Assembly (NCBI GenBank): GCA_033723415.1
Contig: JAWVXD010000004.1
Coordinates: forward strand, 199,028-263,027
Reading direction: 5' to 3'
Length of the DNA stretch: 64,000 bases
Source: Sulfurospirillaceae bacterium
Lineage (GTDB): Bacteria > Campylobacterota > Campylobacteria > Campylobacterales > Sulfurospirillaceae
Below, piece by piece: positions 1 through 10,749 of this stretch. Each line of letters starts with the position of its first letter. The first letter of the stretch is position 1. The notes below the pieces were generated by a model. It saw nothing but the letters and a program-made list of their open reading frames with translations, was not told the DNA's origin and searched no databases. Made by a program: the position numbers and the translations under genes.

Positions 1-95
1 GGAATAAAAGCTCCGTAATTTTTGTCTTTTATCTGATTGTACCAGCGGGCTAGGATCTCTTCAACATCTAAAGATCCCTTATGTATCTCTAACAT
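1..95 (-). CDS. moaE: Molybdopterin synthase catalytic subunit, 5' part only (runs off the window edge)
   Basis: ATG at 95 reads MLEIHKGSLDVEEILARWYNQIKDKNYGAFI..., resembling the Campylobacterota MoaE N-terminus; directly downstream of moaD. Confidence 0.8.
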   Translation of the reverse strand, partial: MLEIHKGSLDVEEILARWYNQIKDKNYGAFI

Positions 96-100
96 TTATA

Positions 101-322
101 TCAACCTCCGCAAACAGGTGGTAAAAGAGATATTTTGTCACCTGTGCTTATTTTAATATCAAGCGAGTCAACGATCTGATCATTTACGGCAACTGCACAA
201 ATACTAAGCCATTCTTGCAATTCTTTATCCTCGGCAAATATTTCTTTCAATTTATCCAGTCTATCTATCTCTATTTCAAAACTATCTTTATTTATAGGTC
301 CTAAAAATTCTATCTTCGCCAT
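101..322 (-). CDS. moaD: Molybdopterin synthase sulfur carrier subunit (MoaD/ThiS family)
   Basis: 73 aa, AVAVND motif and C-terminal LLPPVCGG. Confidence 0.95.
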   Translation of the reverse strand: MAKIEFLGPINKDSFEIEIDRLDKLKEIFAEDKELQEWLSICAVAVNDQIVDSLDIKISTGDKISLLPPVCGG

Positions 323-498
323 TTTATATCTCCTAAGTTAATTGTTATCATGAAGCTGATTTGGAAGATTTTGTAACATTATATCAAAAAAAATATACCC
401 CAAAGTTAAATGAAAAATAAATCTGAAACTAGAAAAAATCTTAGAGTTTCGATTAAGTTTGATGTTGTTATAATTTCGGAAAATAACGGGGATGCCTT

Positions 499-1167
499 AT
501 GATTTTTGGAAAAATAGATTATATAAATCTGCTTCCTTTCCATATATTTCTTAAACAATCTTCCATGGGAAACTCTTTTAAAAAAGCTGTCTTGTTCAAC
601 CAAGGTGTTCCTTCTGTGATAAACTCAAAATTTCAAAAAAGACAAGTAAACGCTGCATTCATATCAAGTATCAAAAGTAATAAAAAAAATGCAAAAACAT
701 TGCCTGTCGGAATCGTTGCGAAGAAAAACGTAAAAAGCGTTATCGTCAAGAACGGTGATCAAAGAGATGATCCAGCATCTGCCACATCCAATGCGCTCTC
801 AAAGATCCTGGGGATCAAAGGAGAAGTCAGTATCGGAGATGATGCACTTAGAAAATACATAAAAGAGCCTGATCTATATATTGATCTCGCAAGCAAATGG
901 AATGAGAAGTTTCATCTTCCCTTTGTCTTTGCCGTCTTTTGTGTGAACAAACATTTTTCAACATATAAAAAATTAGCAAAAACTTTCAAAAACAAAAAAA
1001 TCAAAGTCCCTCAATACATATTAAATGATTATGCTAATAAAAGAGGTATTAGGGCTAAGGAGATAAAAGAGTACCTAAAACTAATAACTTACCCAATTAA
1101 TAAAAAAGAAGAGACAGGATTGAAGCTTTTCTTGAAGAAAAGTAGAAACCTAGGTTTTAAAAAATAA
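499..1167 (+). CDS. mqnA: Chorismate dehydratase, futalosine menaquinone pathway (MqnA/MqnD family)
   Basis: GKIDYINLLPF, SATSNAL, IGDDAL and LPFVFA motifs. Confidence 0.85.
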   Translation: MIFGKIDYINLLPFHIFLKQSSMGNSFKKAVLFNQGVPSVINSKFQKRQVNAAFISSIKSNKKNAKTLPVGIVAKKNVKSVIVKNGDQRDDPASATSNALSKILGIKGEVSIGDDALRKYIKEPDLYIDLASKWNEKFHLPFVFAVFCVNKHFSTYKKLAKTFKNKKIKVPQYILNDYANKRGIRAKEIKEYLKLITYPINKKEETGLKLFLKKSRNLGFKK

Positions 1168-1206
1168 AAACGCCTTTTGGCAAAAAACACAAAAGAGGAA
1201 AGACAT

Positions 1207-2568
1207 ATGTCAGTTAAGAGTAGAATAGATGATGTACTAGAAAGTACTATGTACAGCACCCCGGGTCAATCAGAATTTTATCAAGCAGTAGATGAAGTAT
1301 TACAATCACTAGAACCACTGCTTGCAAGAGAGAAAAAATACACAAAAAACAATATATTAAGCAGAATCGTTATCCCTGAGAGACAAATCATTTTCAGGGT
1401 TTGCTGGATAGATGATGCAGGTGTAGTTCAAACAAATATTGGTTATCGTGTACAATTTAACTCAGCGATTGGACCATACAAAGGCGGTCTTCGTCTACAC
1501 CCTACTGTCAATCTTGGTATTATAAAGTTCTTAGGCTTTGAACAAATCTTTAAAAACTCATTGACGGGCTTAAACATAGGCGGCGCTAAAGGTGGATCAA
1601 ACTTTGACCCTAAAGGTAAAAGCGATAATGAAGTGATGAGATTCTGCCAATCATTTATGACAGAGCTTTCAAAATATATCGGTGAAACAGTCGATGTCCC
1701 TGCCGGTGATATCGGAACAGGCGGTAGAGAAATAGGTTATATGTATGGACAGTACAAAAGATTAACTAACAAATTTGAAGGTGTATTAACAGGAAAAGGT
1801 CTAAATTGGGGTGGCTCACTTGCTAGAACAGAAGCAACAGGTTTTGGCTCTGTTTACTTTGCAGACAATTTCTTAAGAAAAGTCGGCAATGGTCTAGAAG
1901 GTAAAATTGCTACTGTGTCAGGTTCAGGTAATGTTGCAATTTATACAATTCAAAAGCTTCATGAATTAGGAGCAAAAGCAGTTACTTGTAGTGATTCTCG
2001 TGGTTTTATTTATGATAAAAACGGAATCAACGTAGAATCATTAAAACTTATTAAAGAAGTACAAAGGGCATCACTAACTGAGTATGTCAAGGCACATCCA
2101 GATGCTGTGTATACTCCTGTAGATAAGTATCCAGCAGATACAAATGCAGTATGGAGCGTTCCATGTGATCTTGCATTTCCAAGTGCAACACAAAATGAAC
2201 TTAACCTAAACGATGCAAAGATCCTTCATAAAAATGGATGTATCATGGTAAATGAAGGAGCAAATATGCCTTCAACACCTGATGCAATCGAATTTATGCT
2301 GGCAAATAAAATGCTATACTCTCCGGGCAAAGCATCAAATGCCGGCGGTGTTGCGACAAGTCAATTAGAAATGGAGCAAAATGCCAGCATGGGTAAATGG
2401 TCATTTGCTGAAGTTGACAGTAAACTACAAGGAATCATGAAAAATATTTTTGATCTGTCTTTTGAAACAGCAAAAGAATTTGGAGATCAACACAATATAA
2501 TGATGGGTGCAAATATAGCAGGTTTTAGAAAAGTAGCTGATTCTATGATCGACCAAGGTGCCGTGTAA
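1207..2568 (+). CDS. gdhA: NADP-specific glutamate dehydrogenase
   Basis: GPYKGGLR, GGAKGG, DVPAGDIG, SGSGNVA and EGANMP motifs; ATG at 1207 with SD AGAGGA preferred over the TTG at 1177. Confidence 0.97.
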   Translation: MSVKSRIDDVLESTMYSTPGQSEFYQAVDEVLQSLEPLLAREKKYTKNNILSRIVIPERQIIFRVCWIDDAGVVQTNIGYRVQFNSAIGPYKGGLRLHPTVNLGIIKFLGFEQIFKNSLTGLNIGGAKGGSNFDPKGKSDNEVMRFCQSFMTELSKYIGETVDVPAGDIGTGGREIGYMYGQYKRLTNKFEGVLTGKGLNWGGSLARTEATGFGSVYFADNFLRKVGNGLEGKIATVSGSGNVAIYTIQKLHELGAKAVTCSDSRGFIYDKNGINVESLKLIKEVQRASLTEYVKAHPDAVYTPVDKYPADTNAVWSVPCDLAFPSATQNELNLNDAKILHKNGCIMVNEGANMPSTPDAIEFMLANKMLYSPGKASNAGGVATSQLEMEQNASMGKWSFAEVDSKLQGIMKNIFDLSFETAKEFGDQHNIMMGANIAGFRKVADSMIDQGAV

Positions 2569-2592
2569 TATTATAAGAGTATAAAATAAACA

Positions 2593-2614
2593 GAGGGAGT
2601 AATAAAACTCCCTC
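2593..2614. terminator. Stem-loop after gdhA
   Basis: GAGGGAGT-aataaa-ACTCCCTC inverted repeat; weak U-tract on the + strand. Confidence 0.55.
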
Positions 2615-2695
2615 AAATCCCTATAAAAGCATGTTTTTATATAATTACTGCTAGACTTGTTGTAGCTTCATAAACACAACAAGGAACACAATATA

Positions 2696-3544
2696 ATGCG
2701 CAATATATTTTTAGTTTTATTACTGTTAAACTCTATTGCTTTTGCTAAAGTCTTTTCATTTACTACAGTCCCTGATCATAATGTCGAAGTTCTAAAAAAA
2801 CATTTTTCAAAACTTGCTGTATATTTAGAAAAGAAACTTCATGTAAAAGTTCAATTCGTACCAACTACATCTTATAATGACTCCGTATCTGCATTTGCCA
2901 GTAATAAAGTGCAATTGGCTTGGTTTGGGGCATTGGCGGGGATCAAAGCCCGACAAGCAGTAAAAGGCTCTCAGGCGATCGTACAGGGATTTGAAGATAC
3001 CCGGTTTTATTCATATTTTATCGCAAATACAAGTACAGGCATACAAAGAGCACGTAAACTCTCCAAAGAGATCGAAGGGAAAAGTTTTACATTCGGCTCA
3101 AAAGAATCAACTTCAGGCAGATTGATGCCCGAATACTATATCAGATGGATGCTAAAGAAAACTCCCCAAGAAGCATTTTCAAAAATCGGCTTTTCCGGAA
3201 GCCATTCAAAAACTATTTCATTGGTACAAAATGGCGAATATCAAGTCGGTGTAGTTAATTATGCCGTATGGGATAAAGAATTGAAAGATGGGAAAATAGA
3301 CACATCCAAAGTAAGAATAATATGGAAAACGCTAAAATATCCTGATTATCAATTTTCAATCAGAGGTGATGTCGATCAACAATTTGGAAAAGGATTTATG
3401 CAAAAGGTAAAAAATGCTCTTTTAGAAATAAAAGATCCAGAGATATTGTCAGCATTTCCTAGAAGTAAATTTATCAAAGCAAATAATTCAGAATATGCGA
3501 TAGTCAATGATGTAGCAACAGCCGTAGGACTGATAAATAAATAG
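2696..3544 (+). CDS. PhnD-like periplasmic substrate-binding protein (phosphonate/selenate-type ABC family)
   Basis: Signal peptide; FTFGSKESTSGRLMP, FSGSHSKT and YPDYQF motifs of the PhnD/putative selenate-binding family. Confidence 0.8.
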   Translation: MRNIFLVLLLLNSIAFAKVFSFTTVPDHNVEVLKKHFSKLAVYLEKKLHVKVQFVPTTSYNDSVSAFASNKVQLAWFGALAGIKARQAVKGSQAIVQGFEDTRFYSYFIANTSTGIQRARKLSKEIEGKSFTFGSKESTSGRLMPEYYIRWMLKKTPQEAFSKIGFSGSHSKTISLVQNGEYQVGVVNYAVWDKELKDGKIDTSKVRIIWKTLKYPDYQFSIRGDVDQQFGKGFMQKVKNALLEIKDPEILSAFPRSKFIKANNSEYAIVNDVATAVGLINK

Positions 3545-3546
3545 AT

Positions 3547-3579
3547 TTTTTCAAAGAGATAAAAAATCTCTTTGAAAAA
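3547..3579. terminator. Bidirectional intrinsic terminator between convergent genes
   Basis: TTTTTCAAAGAGAT-aaaaa-ATCTCTTTGAAAAA perfect inverted repeat. Confidence 0.8.
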
Positions 3580-3589
3580 TGTAAGTCAA

Positions 3590-4219
3590 TTAGTCAATCG
3601 TATTAAAAACTCTATCGCCTGCATCTCCAAGACCCGGAACGATATAACCGTTTTCATTTAATCCATCATCTACATGAGCCGTAAAGACTTTAACATCTGG
3701 ATGAACTTTTGAAAATTTTTCCAATCCTTCAGGAGCTGATACTAAAGCAATAAATCTTATATCTTTGATGCCTTTGCCTTTTAAGAAATTAACTGCATCT
3801 ATCGCGGTACCGCCTGTTGCAAACATAGGATCTATGATGATTGCCGTTCTTTCTTTATGATCTTTAGGAAGCTTAGCATAGTAAAATTCAGCCTCAAGGG
3901 TTTTTTCATTTCGCTGAAAACCAAGAAAACCAACACTTGCATCAGGTATCAATTTAAATATGCCATCCAACATACCGAGTGCTGCTCGTAGAATCGGGCA
4001 GATCATGATCTTTGTGTCTAGTCTTTGAGCATTTGCGACTGCTACAGGAGTTTGTACTTTTACATCACGAAGAGGCAGATCTCTCGTAGCTTCAAAAAGC
4101 ATCAAATAAGAGATCTCATCTACTAACAACCTAAAGTGAAAAGGGTCAGTCTTTATGTCTCTCAATATTGAAAGTTTATGTTCTATCAGCGGGTGTTGAA
4201 TTACGGTTACATTTTTCAT
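3590..4219 (-). CDS. upp: Uracil phosphoribosyltransferase
   Basis: PILRAALGM, DPMFATGGT and GYIVPGLGDAGDR motifs; alternative start at 4225. Confidence 0.97.
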   Translation of the reverse strand: MKNVTVIQHPLIEHKLSILRDIKTDPFHFRLLVDEISYLMLFEATRDLPLRDVKVQTPVAVANAQRLDTKIMICPILRAALGMLDGIFKLIPDASVGFLGFQRNEKTLEAEFYYAKLPKDHKERTAIIIDPMFATGGTAIDAVNFLKGKGIKDIRFIALVSAPEGLEKFSKVHPDVKVFTAHVDDGLNENGYIVPGLGDAGDRVFNTID

Positions 4220-4291
4220 TTTCATCCTAACATTTTAAATATATTTGAATTCACTTCTTTCTTGATTCTAGACTATGATGGTAGGATCAAG

Positions 4292-4332
4292 AAAAAAGAT
4301 AGCGAGGGGCTGTTTTTGCTACCTCACTATCT
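4292..4332 (-). terminator. Intrinsic terminator after the malic enzyme gene
   Basis: Minus strand AGATAGTGAGG...CCTCGCTATCT followed by a U-tract. Confidence 0.7.
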
Positions 4333-4341
4333 ATGTATCAA

Positions 4342-5625
4342 TTACTTGTTTCTTTCTTCTTCTATTTTCCATTCTAATTTTGAACGATAAGCATCTATGT
4401 TGAAGCTCTCATCAACTCTAGCTACTCCATCTTCGATTGCTGCTTGTGCAACTGCCGTACTTACTCTAGGAAGAACACGTCTGTCAAATGGTTTTGGGAT
4501 AATATAATCGTATCCAAATTTTAAATCAACCCCGCTGTAAGCTTCTTTTACATACGTAGGCACATCTTCTTTTGCAAGAGCGGCCAATGCACGAGCTGCT
4601 GCCATTTTCATACCTTCTGTTACCTTAGTCGCCCTCACGTCAAGTGCTCCTCTGAAGATAAAAGGAAAACCTAGAACGTTATTGACCTGATTTGGATAAT
4701 CACTTCTTCCTGTTCCCATCATAACATCATCTCTGACTGCTTTTACCTCTTCAGGAGTTATCTCCGGAGTAGGATTTGCAAGAGCAAATATGATTGGATG
4801 TGGATTCATAGAAAGTACCATTTCTTGTGAAAGGATCCCAGGAGCAGAAAGACCTAAGAACATATCAGCACCCCTCATAGCATCCGCTAGTGTGCGATCT
4901 TCCGTATCCAAGGCAAACTCTTTTTTGTACTCGTTTAAATCATCTCTTTTATTGTGTATCACGCCTTTTGAATCTATCATCACAACATGTTCTGCACCCA
5001 ATAATTTGTACATTTTGGCACAAGCGATACCTGCTGCTCCGGCACCTGAGACTACAATCTTCATCTCTTCTATCTTTTTACCGCTGATCTCCAAAGCATT
5101 GATAAGTCCTGCACTCGTGATCATAGCTGTACCGTGCTGGTCATCATGCATAACCGGGATATCCACCAATGCTTGAAGCTTTTGTTCAATTTCAAAACAT
5201 TTTGGCGCTTTAATATCTTCTAGATTAATACCTCCGAAAGTCGGTGCCAAAGCTCTACAAATATCAATGATTTTGTCAGGATCATGTTCATCAAGTTCGA
5301 TATCAAAAGCATCAACATCCGCAAATGTTTTGAAAAGTACCGATTTCCCTTCCATCACAGGTTTACTTGCATGTGCACCAATATCTCCCAAACCTAAAAC
5401 GGCAGTGCCGTCACTAATAACAGCTACTAAATTTCCTTTATTTGTATACTTATATACTAATTCATCATCTTCTGCGATATCTCTACAAGGATAAGCAACC
5501 CCGGGAGTATACGCCATAGAAAGGTCTCTTGCCGTAGCACAAGGTTTCGTTATTGCGATTCCAATTTTACCACCTATGTGGTACTCTAAAGATTCTTCTT
5601 TAGTAACTTTAATACTCTTACTCAC
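4342..5625 (-). CDS. NAD(P)-dependent malic enzyme (no PTA domain)
   Basis: [37 protein letters not shown] and [11 protein letters not shown] motifs. Confidence 0.93.
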   Translation of the reverse strand: MSKSIKVTKEESLEYHIGGKIGIAITKPCATARDLSMAYTPGVAYPCRDIAEDDELVYKYTNKGNLVAVISDGTAVLGLGDIGAHASKPVMEGKSVLFKTFADVDAFDIELDEHDPDKIIDICRALAPTFGGINLEDIKAPKCFEIEQKLQALVDIPVMHDDQHGTAMITSAGLINALEISGKKIEEMKIVVSGAGAAGIACAKMYKLLGAEHVVMIDSKGVIHNKRDDLNEYKKEFALDTEDRTLADAMRGADMFLGLSAPGILSQEMVLSMNPHPIIFALANPTPEITPEEVKAVRDDVMMGTGRSDYPNQVNNVLGFPFIFRGALDVRATKVTEGMKMAAARALAALAKEDVPTYVKEAYSGVDLKFGYDYIIPKPFDRRVLPRVSTAVAQAAIEDGVARVDESFNIDAYRSKLEWKIEEERNK

Positions 5626-7015
5626 TTATAACCCCTTTTCCTATTAAATTGTTAATTCGCTTAACAACATCTTCTAATCCAACAATACTTAAGACTTCAA
5701 ATACAGAAGGACTTACCGCACTCCCCACCATAGCAATTCTTATAGGTTGAGCCAAATCTTTCAACTTGAGTCCCTTCTCTTCTAAGAATTGTTTTACTAA
5801 ATCTTCGAACTCTGCAGCACTAGAACACCCCTCATGTGCTTCCAAAGTCTGTTTAAACGCCTCTAAATTCTTAAGGGCATCACCTGTTATAAATTTTCTA
5901 TACGCTTTCTCATCGTAATCAATCGGATCATTTATGATATCTTTGACCATCTGAGCCAATTCTTTTATCGTTTTAGCCCTATCTCTAAGTAAATCTATCA
6001 GAGCTTCTTTATTAGGATTTTCTCCGATAAAAAGATCAAAAAATTCCAACTCTTTTATCAATCTTTCACTGTCAAATTTTTTAATATACTGCGAATTGAT
6101 CCATATAAGTTTCTCGTCATTGAAGGCTGACGCTGATTTATTAATGTGAGATGGATCAAAAAATTCGATCATCTCATCCATACTAAATATCTCTTGATCA
6201 CCATGACTCCAGCCAAGTCTCACTAAAAAGTTCAACAATGCTTCAGGGAGATATCCCTCTTTTTTGTATTCCATAACATCAAGAGCACCGTCTCTTTTTG
6301 AGAGTTTTTTGCCCTCTTTGTTCAAGATCATAGGAACATGATAGAACTTTGGTATTTCAAAATTTAATGCATTATATATTACTATCTGCTTTGGTGTATT
6401 TGAGAGATGATCATCTCCGCGTATGACATCTGTTATATTCATCAAAGCATCATCAATAGTCACGACAAAATTGTAAGTAGGCGTCCCATCACTTCTTGCT
6501 ATGATAAAATCATCAAGCATATCTGCTACTTTGAAACTAACCTCTCCTTTGATACCGTCAACAAAGGATATCTCTCCGCTTGTAGGTGCTTTTATTCTGA
6601 TAACAGGCTCTACTCCGATGGGCGGTTGACCTTCAAAATCTCTATATCTACCGTCATAGCGAGGTCTTTGCTTATTTGCCATTTGTGAAGCTCTTAATTC
6701 TTCAAGCTCATCTTTGGTCATGTAACATTTATAAGCTTTGCCTTCTTCCAAAAGTCTTTTGACATATGATTTATAAATATCAAATCTGCTAGATTGATAT
6801 ATAATATCACCGTCATATGAGAGTCCTGTCCATTTAAAAGCTTCTTCTATAGCCAATGCTGCTTCTTTTGAGTTACGTGCAAGATCAGTATCTTCTATAC
6901 GCAGTAAGAACTTACCATTATTTTTTTTAGACATTAGATAGCAATAAAGAGCAGTTCTAAGTCCTCCGATATGTAAATATCCTGTCGGACTCGGGGCAAA
7001 ACGGGTGATTACCAT
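5618..7015 (-). CDS. gltX: Glutamate--tRNA ligase
   Basis: [14 protein letters not shown] and KLSKR class I synthetase motifs. Confidence 0.97.
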   Translation of the reverse strand: MVITRFAPSPTGYLHIGGLRTALYCYLMSKKNNGKFLLRIEDTDLARNSKEAALAIEEAFKWTGLSYDGDIIYQSSRFDIYKSYVKRLLEEGKAYKCYMTKDELEELRASQMANKQRPRYDGRYRDFEGQPPIGVEPVIRIKAPTSGEISFVDGIKGEVSFKVADMLDDFIIARSDGTPTYNFVVTIDDALMNITDVIRGDDHLSNTPKQIVIYNALNFEIPKFYHVPMILNKEGKKLSKRDGALDVMEYKKEGYLPEALLNFLVRLGWSHGDQEIFSMDEMIEFFDPSHINKSASAFNDEKLIWINSQYIKKFDSERLIKELEFFDLFIGENPNKEALIDLLRDRAKTIKELAQMVKDIINDPIDYDEKAYRKFITGDALKNLEAFKQTLEAHEGCSSAAEFEDLVKQFLEEKGLKLKDLAQPIRIAMVGSAVSPSVFEVLSIVGLEDVVKRINNLIGKGVISE

Positions 7016-7197
7016 ATATTAACCTTATTTATGTAAAATGATGAATTAAAAGTTACCAATAGAGATATAGCATTATTTATAGACAAATTCTAATCACTTT
7101 TAAATTGAAATTACTAAAAATAATGTTATCATTCTAAGCTATTTTGTAAAAAATTATATAAGCTTTTTACTTAACATTACTTAACAAAGGACAATTA

Positions 7198-8055
7198 GTG
7201 AAAATATCTATGAAATATTTATCTAAAATCTTCATATCAGCAGCTTTTATCTCAACTTTTTCATATGCAGGAATGGTTGATGCAATATCTGTTATAATCA
7301 ACAATCAGCCAATAACTTTATATGAAGTTTACAAATATGCACATGAGTTTAAAGTTTCTACTTCGGATTCTTTAGATTTGCTTATAAGAAAAAAACTGGA
7401 AGAAGCAGAGATAAAAAAGTTAAATATAACTGCCAGTGATTTTGAAGTAGATGACTATATCAGAAAACTAGCAACAAAGAACGGTATCTCTGAATTTCAG
7501 TTTTATGAAATGCTGAAAGCCAAGAATATAGATGAAACAAACTACAAGAAAGATCTAAGAAAAAAACTGGAACAAGACAAACTTTACAAAAAGATAATCC
7601 AGATGAAGGGTGTAAAAGTCACTTTGGCGGAGCTTCAAGATTTTTATCAAAAGAATAAGGCACAGTTTGTTTCAGCAGATGGCTTTAGTATCACTACATA
7701 TAACAGTAAAAACAGAGCTTCTCTTGAGAGTATAAGAAAAAATCCTATGCTAAATCCTCAAGATGTACAAATGGCAGACAGCAACCTAAAATCTGGTTCA
7801 ATGGATCAAAAACTTGAAGCTTTGCTGAATGAGACAAAATCTGGTGAATTTACCCCTATTTATAATGCGGGGGATCACTTTACGATGATCTACCTAAAGG
7901 AAAAATCCGGAGTAAAGACTATTCCTTTTGCAAAGGTTAAGAACTATATATACTCGGTTGTATCTTCAAAAGATGATAAAGCAGCTATCAATGATTATTT
8001 TGATAAGTTGAAATCTGTTGCAGATATAAAAATACTAAGAAGACCTAATTCTTAA
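7198..8055 (+). CDS. SurA-like periplasmic chaperone / peptidyl-prolyl isomerase
   Basis: Signal peptide, SurA-type N-terminus (AISVIINNQPITLYEV), degenerate parvulin region; position between gltX and accC as in C. jejuni. Confidence 0.75.
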   Translation: MKISMKYLSKIFISAAFISTFSYAGMVDAISVIINNQPITLYEVYKYAHEFKVSTSDSLDLLIRKKLEEAEIKKLNITASDFEVDDYIRKLATKNGISEFQFYEMLKAKNIDETNYKKDLRKKLEQDKLYKKIIQMKGVKVTLAELQDFYQKNKAQFVSADGFSITTYNSKNRASLESIRKNPMLNPQDVQMADSNLKSGSMDQKLEALLNETKSGEFTPIYNAGDHFTMIYLKEKSGVKTIPFAKVKNYIYSVVSSKDDKAAINDYFDKLKSVADIKILRRPNS

Positions 8056-8076
8056 AAATATATAAGGAGAACATAA

Positions 8077-8259
8077 ATGAACAAATATGATAAAATCAGA
8101 AAATTTTGCAGAGTATTTAGAATAATTTTGGGAATTGTTCTTATAGGAGTCGGCATTTATTTGAGCAATCCTTGGTTTTACCTAGGGATCATCCCTCTTA
8201 TAGCTGGCCTTGCTAACTTTTGCCCGCTTTGTATCATAAGTAAAAAATGCACAATCTAA
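8077..8259 (+). CDS. Small membrane protein, DUF2892/YgaP family
   Basis: Two hydrophobic helices, FCPLC motif, SD AAGGAG. Confidence 0.75.
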   Translation: MNKYDKIRKFCRVFRIILGIVLIGVGIYLSNPWFYLGIIPLIAGLANFCPLCIISKKCTI

Positions 8260-8287
8260 AGTTTGCCTCTATTTGAGGCAAACTTTA
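8257..8287. terminator. Bidirectional terminator
   Basis: TAAAGTTTGCCTC-tattt-GAGGCAAACTTTA perfect inverted repeat between convergent genes. Confidence 0.8.
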
Positions 8288-9619
8288 ATATTTTGATAAA
8301 TAGTTCGTATCAAACCTATTTTCTATAAAGTCTTTATTATCCATCATATTTAAATGAAAATCTCTCACCGTTGCGACACCTTCAATCTGAAGTTCTACTA
8401 AAGCCTCTCTCATCTTTGCGATCGCTCTAGTCCTATCCTCTCCCCAGACTACCAGTTTCCCTATCATGGAGTCATAATGAGGAGGAATCACATAATTTTG
8501 ATATATGTGAGAATCTATCCTTACATTTCGTCCGCCAGGTGCGATAAACTTGGTAACTTTGCCCGGACTTGGGATAAATTTTACAGAATCTTCAGCAGTG
8601 ATCCTACACTCTATCGAATGACCACTGAGCTTGATTTCCTTTTGACTTGGAAGTTTTTCACCCTCAGCAACTCTTATCATCAACTCTATGATATCAATAC
8701 CGCTTACCATCTCACTGACACAATGTTCAACTTGAAGTCTGGTATTCATTTCCATAAAATAAAAATTCTTTTCACTGTCTAACAAAAATTCAAAAGTTCC
8801 GGCATTTTCATAGCCTATAAATTTAACAGCTTTTATAGCTACGTCATGTAAATTTTTTCTCGTCTTTTCATCTAGTGCGATAGCGGGCGATTCTTCTATA
8901 AGCTTTTGATGACGACGTTGCATAGAACAGTCTCTCTCACCGATATGTATAGCATTGCCATGAGAATCACCTATGATTTGGACTTCTATGTGTCTTGGAT
9001 TTTTGATGAACTTTTCCATATAAAGTGTTCCATCTCCAAAAGCACTCAAAGCTTCACTTTCAGCAGAAAGATATGATACTTCCAAATCTTGCTCTTTTTC
9101 AACAACTCTCATGCCGCGTCCGCCGCCGCCTGCACTTGCTTTGACGATAACGGGATAACCTATCTTTTTAGCAAGTTCTTTTGCTTCTGTTATACCATGA
9201 AGCGCACCTTCACTACCTTCTATGACAGGAACTCCTGCTTTCTTCATAACCTCTTTTGCTTTTGATTTATCACTCATCAAAACCATAGAATCAACAGACG
9301 GTCCTATGAATTTTATGCCGTGAAGACCACAAATCTCTACGAAATCTTGATTTTCACTCAAAAAACCATAACCAGGGAAGATCGCATCACATCCGCTTAT
9401 TTCAGCTGCGCTGATTATAGCAGGAACATTTAGATAACTTTCGCTTGATTTTGCTCCACCGATACAAATACTTGCATCTGCATATTGCAAATAAAGTGCA
9501 TCCTTATCTGCGGTAGAATACACGGCTATCGCCTGTTTTCCCATCTCTTTTATCGTTCTAATTGCTCGAAGTGCTATCTCTCCTCGATTTGCAACAAGAA
9601 TTTTTTGTATTTCTGCCAT
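8285..9619 (-). CDS. accC: Acetyl-CoA carboxylase biotin carboxylase subunit
   Basis: KILVANRGEIA, GGGGRGM, FMEMNTRLQVEH motifs; start at 9619 overlaps the accB stop (TGATG). Confidence 0.96.
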   Translation of the reverse strand: MAEIQKILVANRGEIALRAIRTIKEMGKQAIAVYSTADKDALYLQYADASICIGGAKSSESYLNVPAIISAAEISGCDAIFPGYGFLSENQDFVEICGLHGIKFIGPSVDSMVLMSDKSKAKEVMKKAGVPVIEGSEGALHGITEAKELAKKIGYPVIVKASAGGGGRGMRVVEKEQDLEVSYLSAESEALSAFGDGTLYMEKFIKNPRHIEVQIIGDSHGNAIHIGERDCSMQRRHQKLIEESPAIALDEKTRKNLHDVAIKAVKFIGYENAGTFEFLLDSEKNFYFMEMNTRLQVEHCVSEMVSGIDIIELMIRVAEGEKLPSQKEIKLSGHSIECRITAEDSVKFIPSPGKVTKFIAPGGRNVRIDSHIYQNYVIPPHYDSMIGKLVVWGEDRTRAIAKMREALVELQIEGVATVRDFHLNMMDNKDFIENRFDTNYLSKY

Positions 9620-10083
9620 CAAACTTTCTCCACTACAAACAACGGCATGCCAAACTCTACTGGAGTTCCATCTTCTACAAGAACTTCTGTTATCTTGCAA
9701 GTATATTCAGCTTCTATTTCATTCATAATCTTCATAGCTTCTATAACTGCTACAGGCTGTCCTTTTTGAACAATTGCGCCTACTTTTACAAAAGGTTCAC
9801 TTCCAGGACTTGGAGCTACATAGAAAGTTCCTACCATTGGTGATTTTATAGAATTTGCAGCATTGGAAGAATCTTTTTTTGGAGCTTGTACAGCCACTGG
9901 TTCTTTATCTTCTGAAACAGAAGCTACAGGTGCCTGATATGTTGCAGCAGTAGGTACGGTAAATGAATTATTTTCAAATCCTTTTTGAAGTTCTATAGAA
10001 AATTCACCGTCCTTGATCTTTACTTTTGTGATATTACTTTTATCAAAAAAACGCATCAATTCTCTGATTTCTGTTTTGTTCAT
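9619..10083 (-). CDS. accB: Biotin carboxyl carrier protein
   Basis: SPMVGTFY and EAMKIMNEI biotinylation motif. Confidence 0.97.
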   Translation of the reverse strand: MNKTEIRELMRFFDKSNITKVKIKDGEFSIELQKGFENNSFTVPTAATYQAPVASVSEDKEPVAVQAPKKDSSNAANSIKSPMVGTFYVAPSPGSEPFVKVGAIVQKGQPVAVIEAMKIMNEIEAEYTCKITEVLVEDGTPVEFGMPLFVVEKV

Positions 10084-10182
10084 CAATTTCTCCTGAGTTT
10101 AGTAGTTGTGTGCCTGAGAGCACTTATATAAATTTTGCTATAATAACATATATTTAATTATAAGCACTTAAGGAATGAATTT

Positions 10183-10743
10183 ATGGGATTGAAATCAGAT
10201 AACTGGATAAGAGAAAAGTCACTAAAAGAAAATATGATAAGCCCGTTTTGCGATGAGCAGGTAGGAACAGATGTTGTAAGCTATGGTGTGAGTAGCTATG
10301 GGTATGACATAAGGGTAGGAGATGAATTTAAAATTTTTACTAATGTAAGTTCAACAGTAGTCGATCCAAAAGACTTTAACCAAAAGAATATTGTTGATTT
10401 TAAAGGCGATGTATGTATCGTTCCTCCAAATTCTTTCGCATTGGCAAGAACGGTAGAATACTTTAAAATTCCAAGAAATGTCTTGGCTATCTGTCTTGGT
10501 AAGAGTACATATGCGAGATGCGGAATTATCGTCAACGTTACTCCATTCGAACCGGAATTTGAGGGTCACATAACTATAGAGATCTCAAATACGACACCGC
10601 TTCCTGCCAAGATCTATGCCAATGAAGGTATCGCACAAGTGCTTTTTTTAGAAGGTGATGATCAGTGTCAAACGACCTATAAAGATAAAAAAGGCAAATA
10701 CCAAGGTCAAGAGGGGATCACTCTTCCTAGAATATTAAAATAA
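10183..10743 (+). CDS. dcd: dCTP deaminase
   Basis: [19 protein letters not shown] and PFEPEFEG motifs. Confidence 0.97.
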   Translation: MGLKSDNWIREKSLKENMISPFCDEQVGTDVVSYGVSSYGYDIRVGDEFKIFTNVSSTVVDPKDFNQKNIVDFKGDVCIVPPNSFALARTVEYFKIPRNVLAICLGKSTYARCGIIVNVTPFEPEFEGHITIEISNTTPLPAKIYANEGIAQVLFLEGDDQCQTTYKDKKGKYQGQEGITLPRILK

Positions 10744-10749
10744 GATGCC

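Noticed and set aside
8285..9700. Longer starts given by the ORF track for accC (also gdhA, murB, moaC, DUF493 and the ATP-grasp gene)
   Set aside because: The extensions overlap upstream genes or lack an SD; family N-termini and coupling overlaps favour the shorter starts
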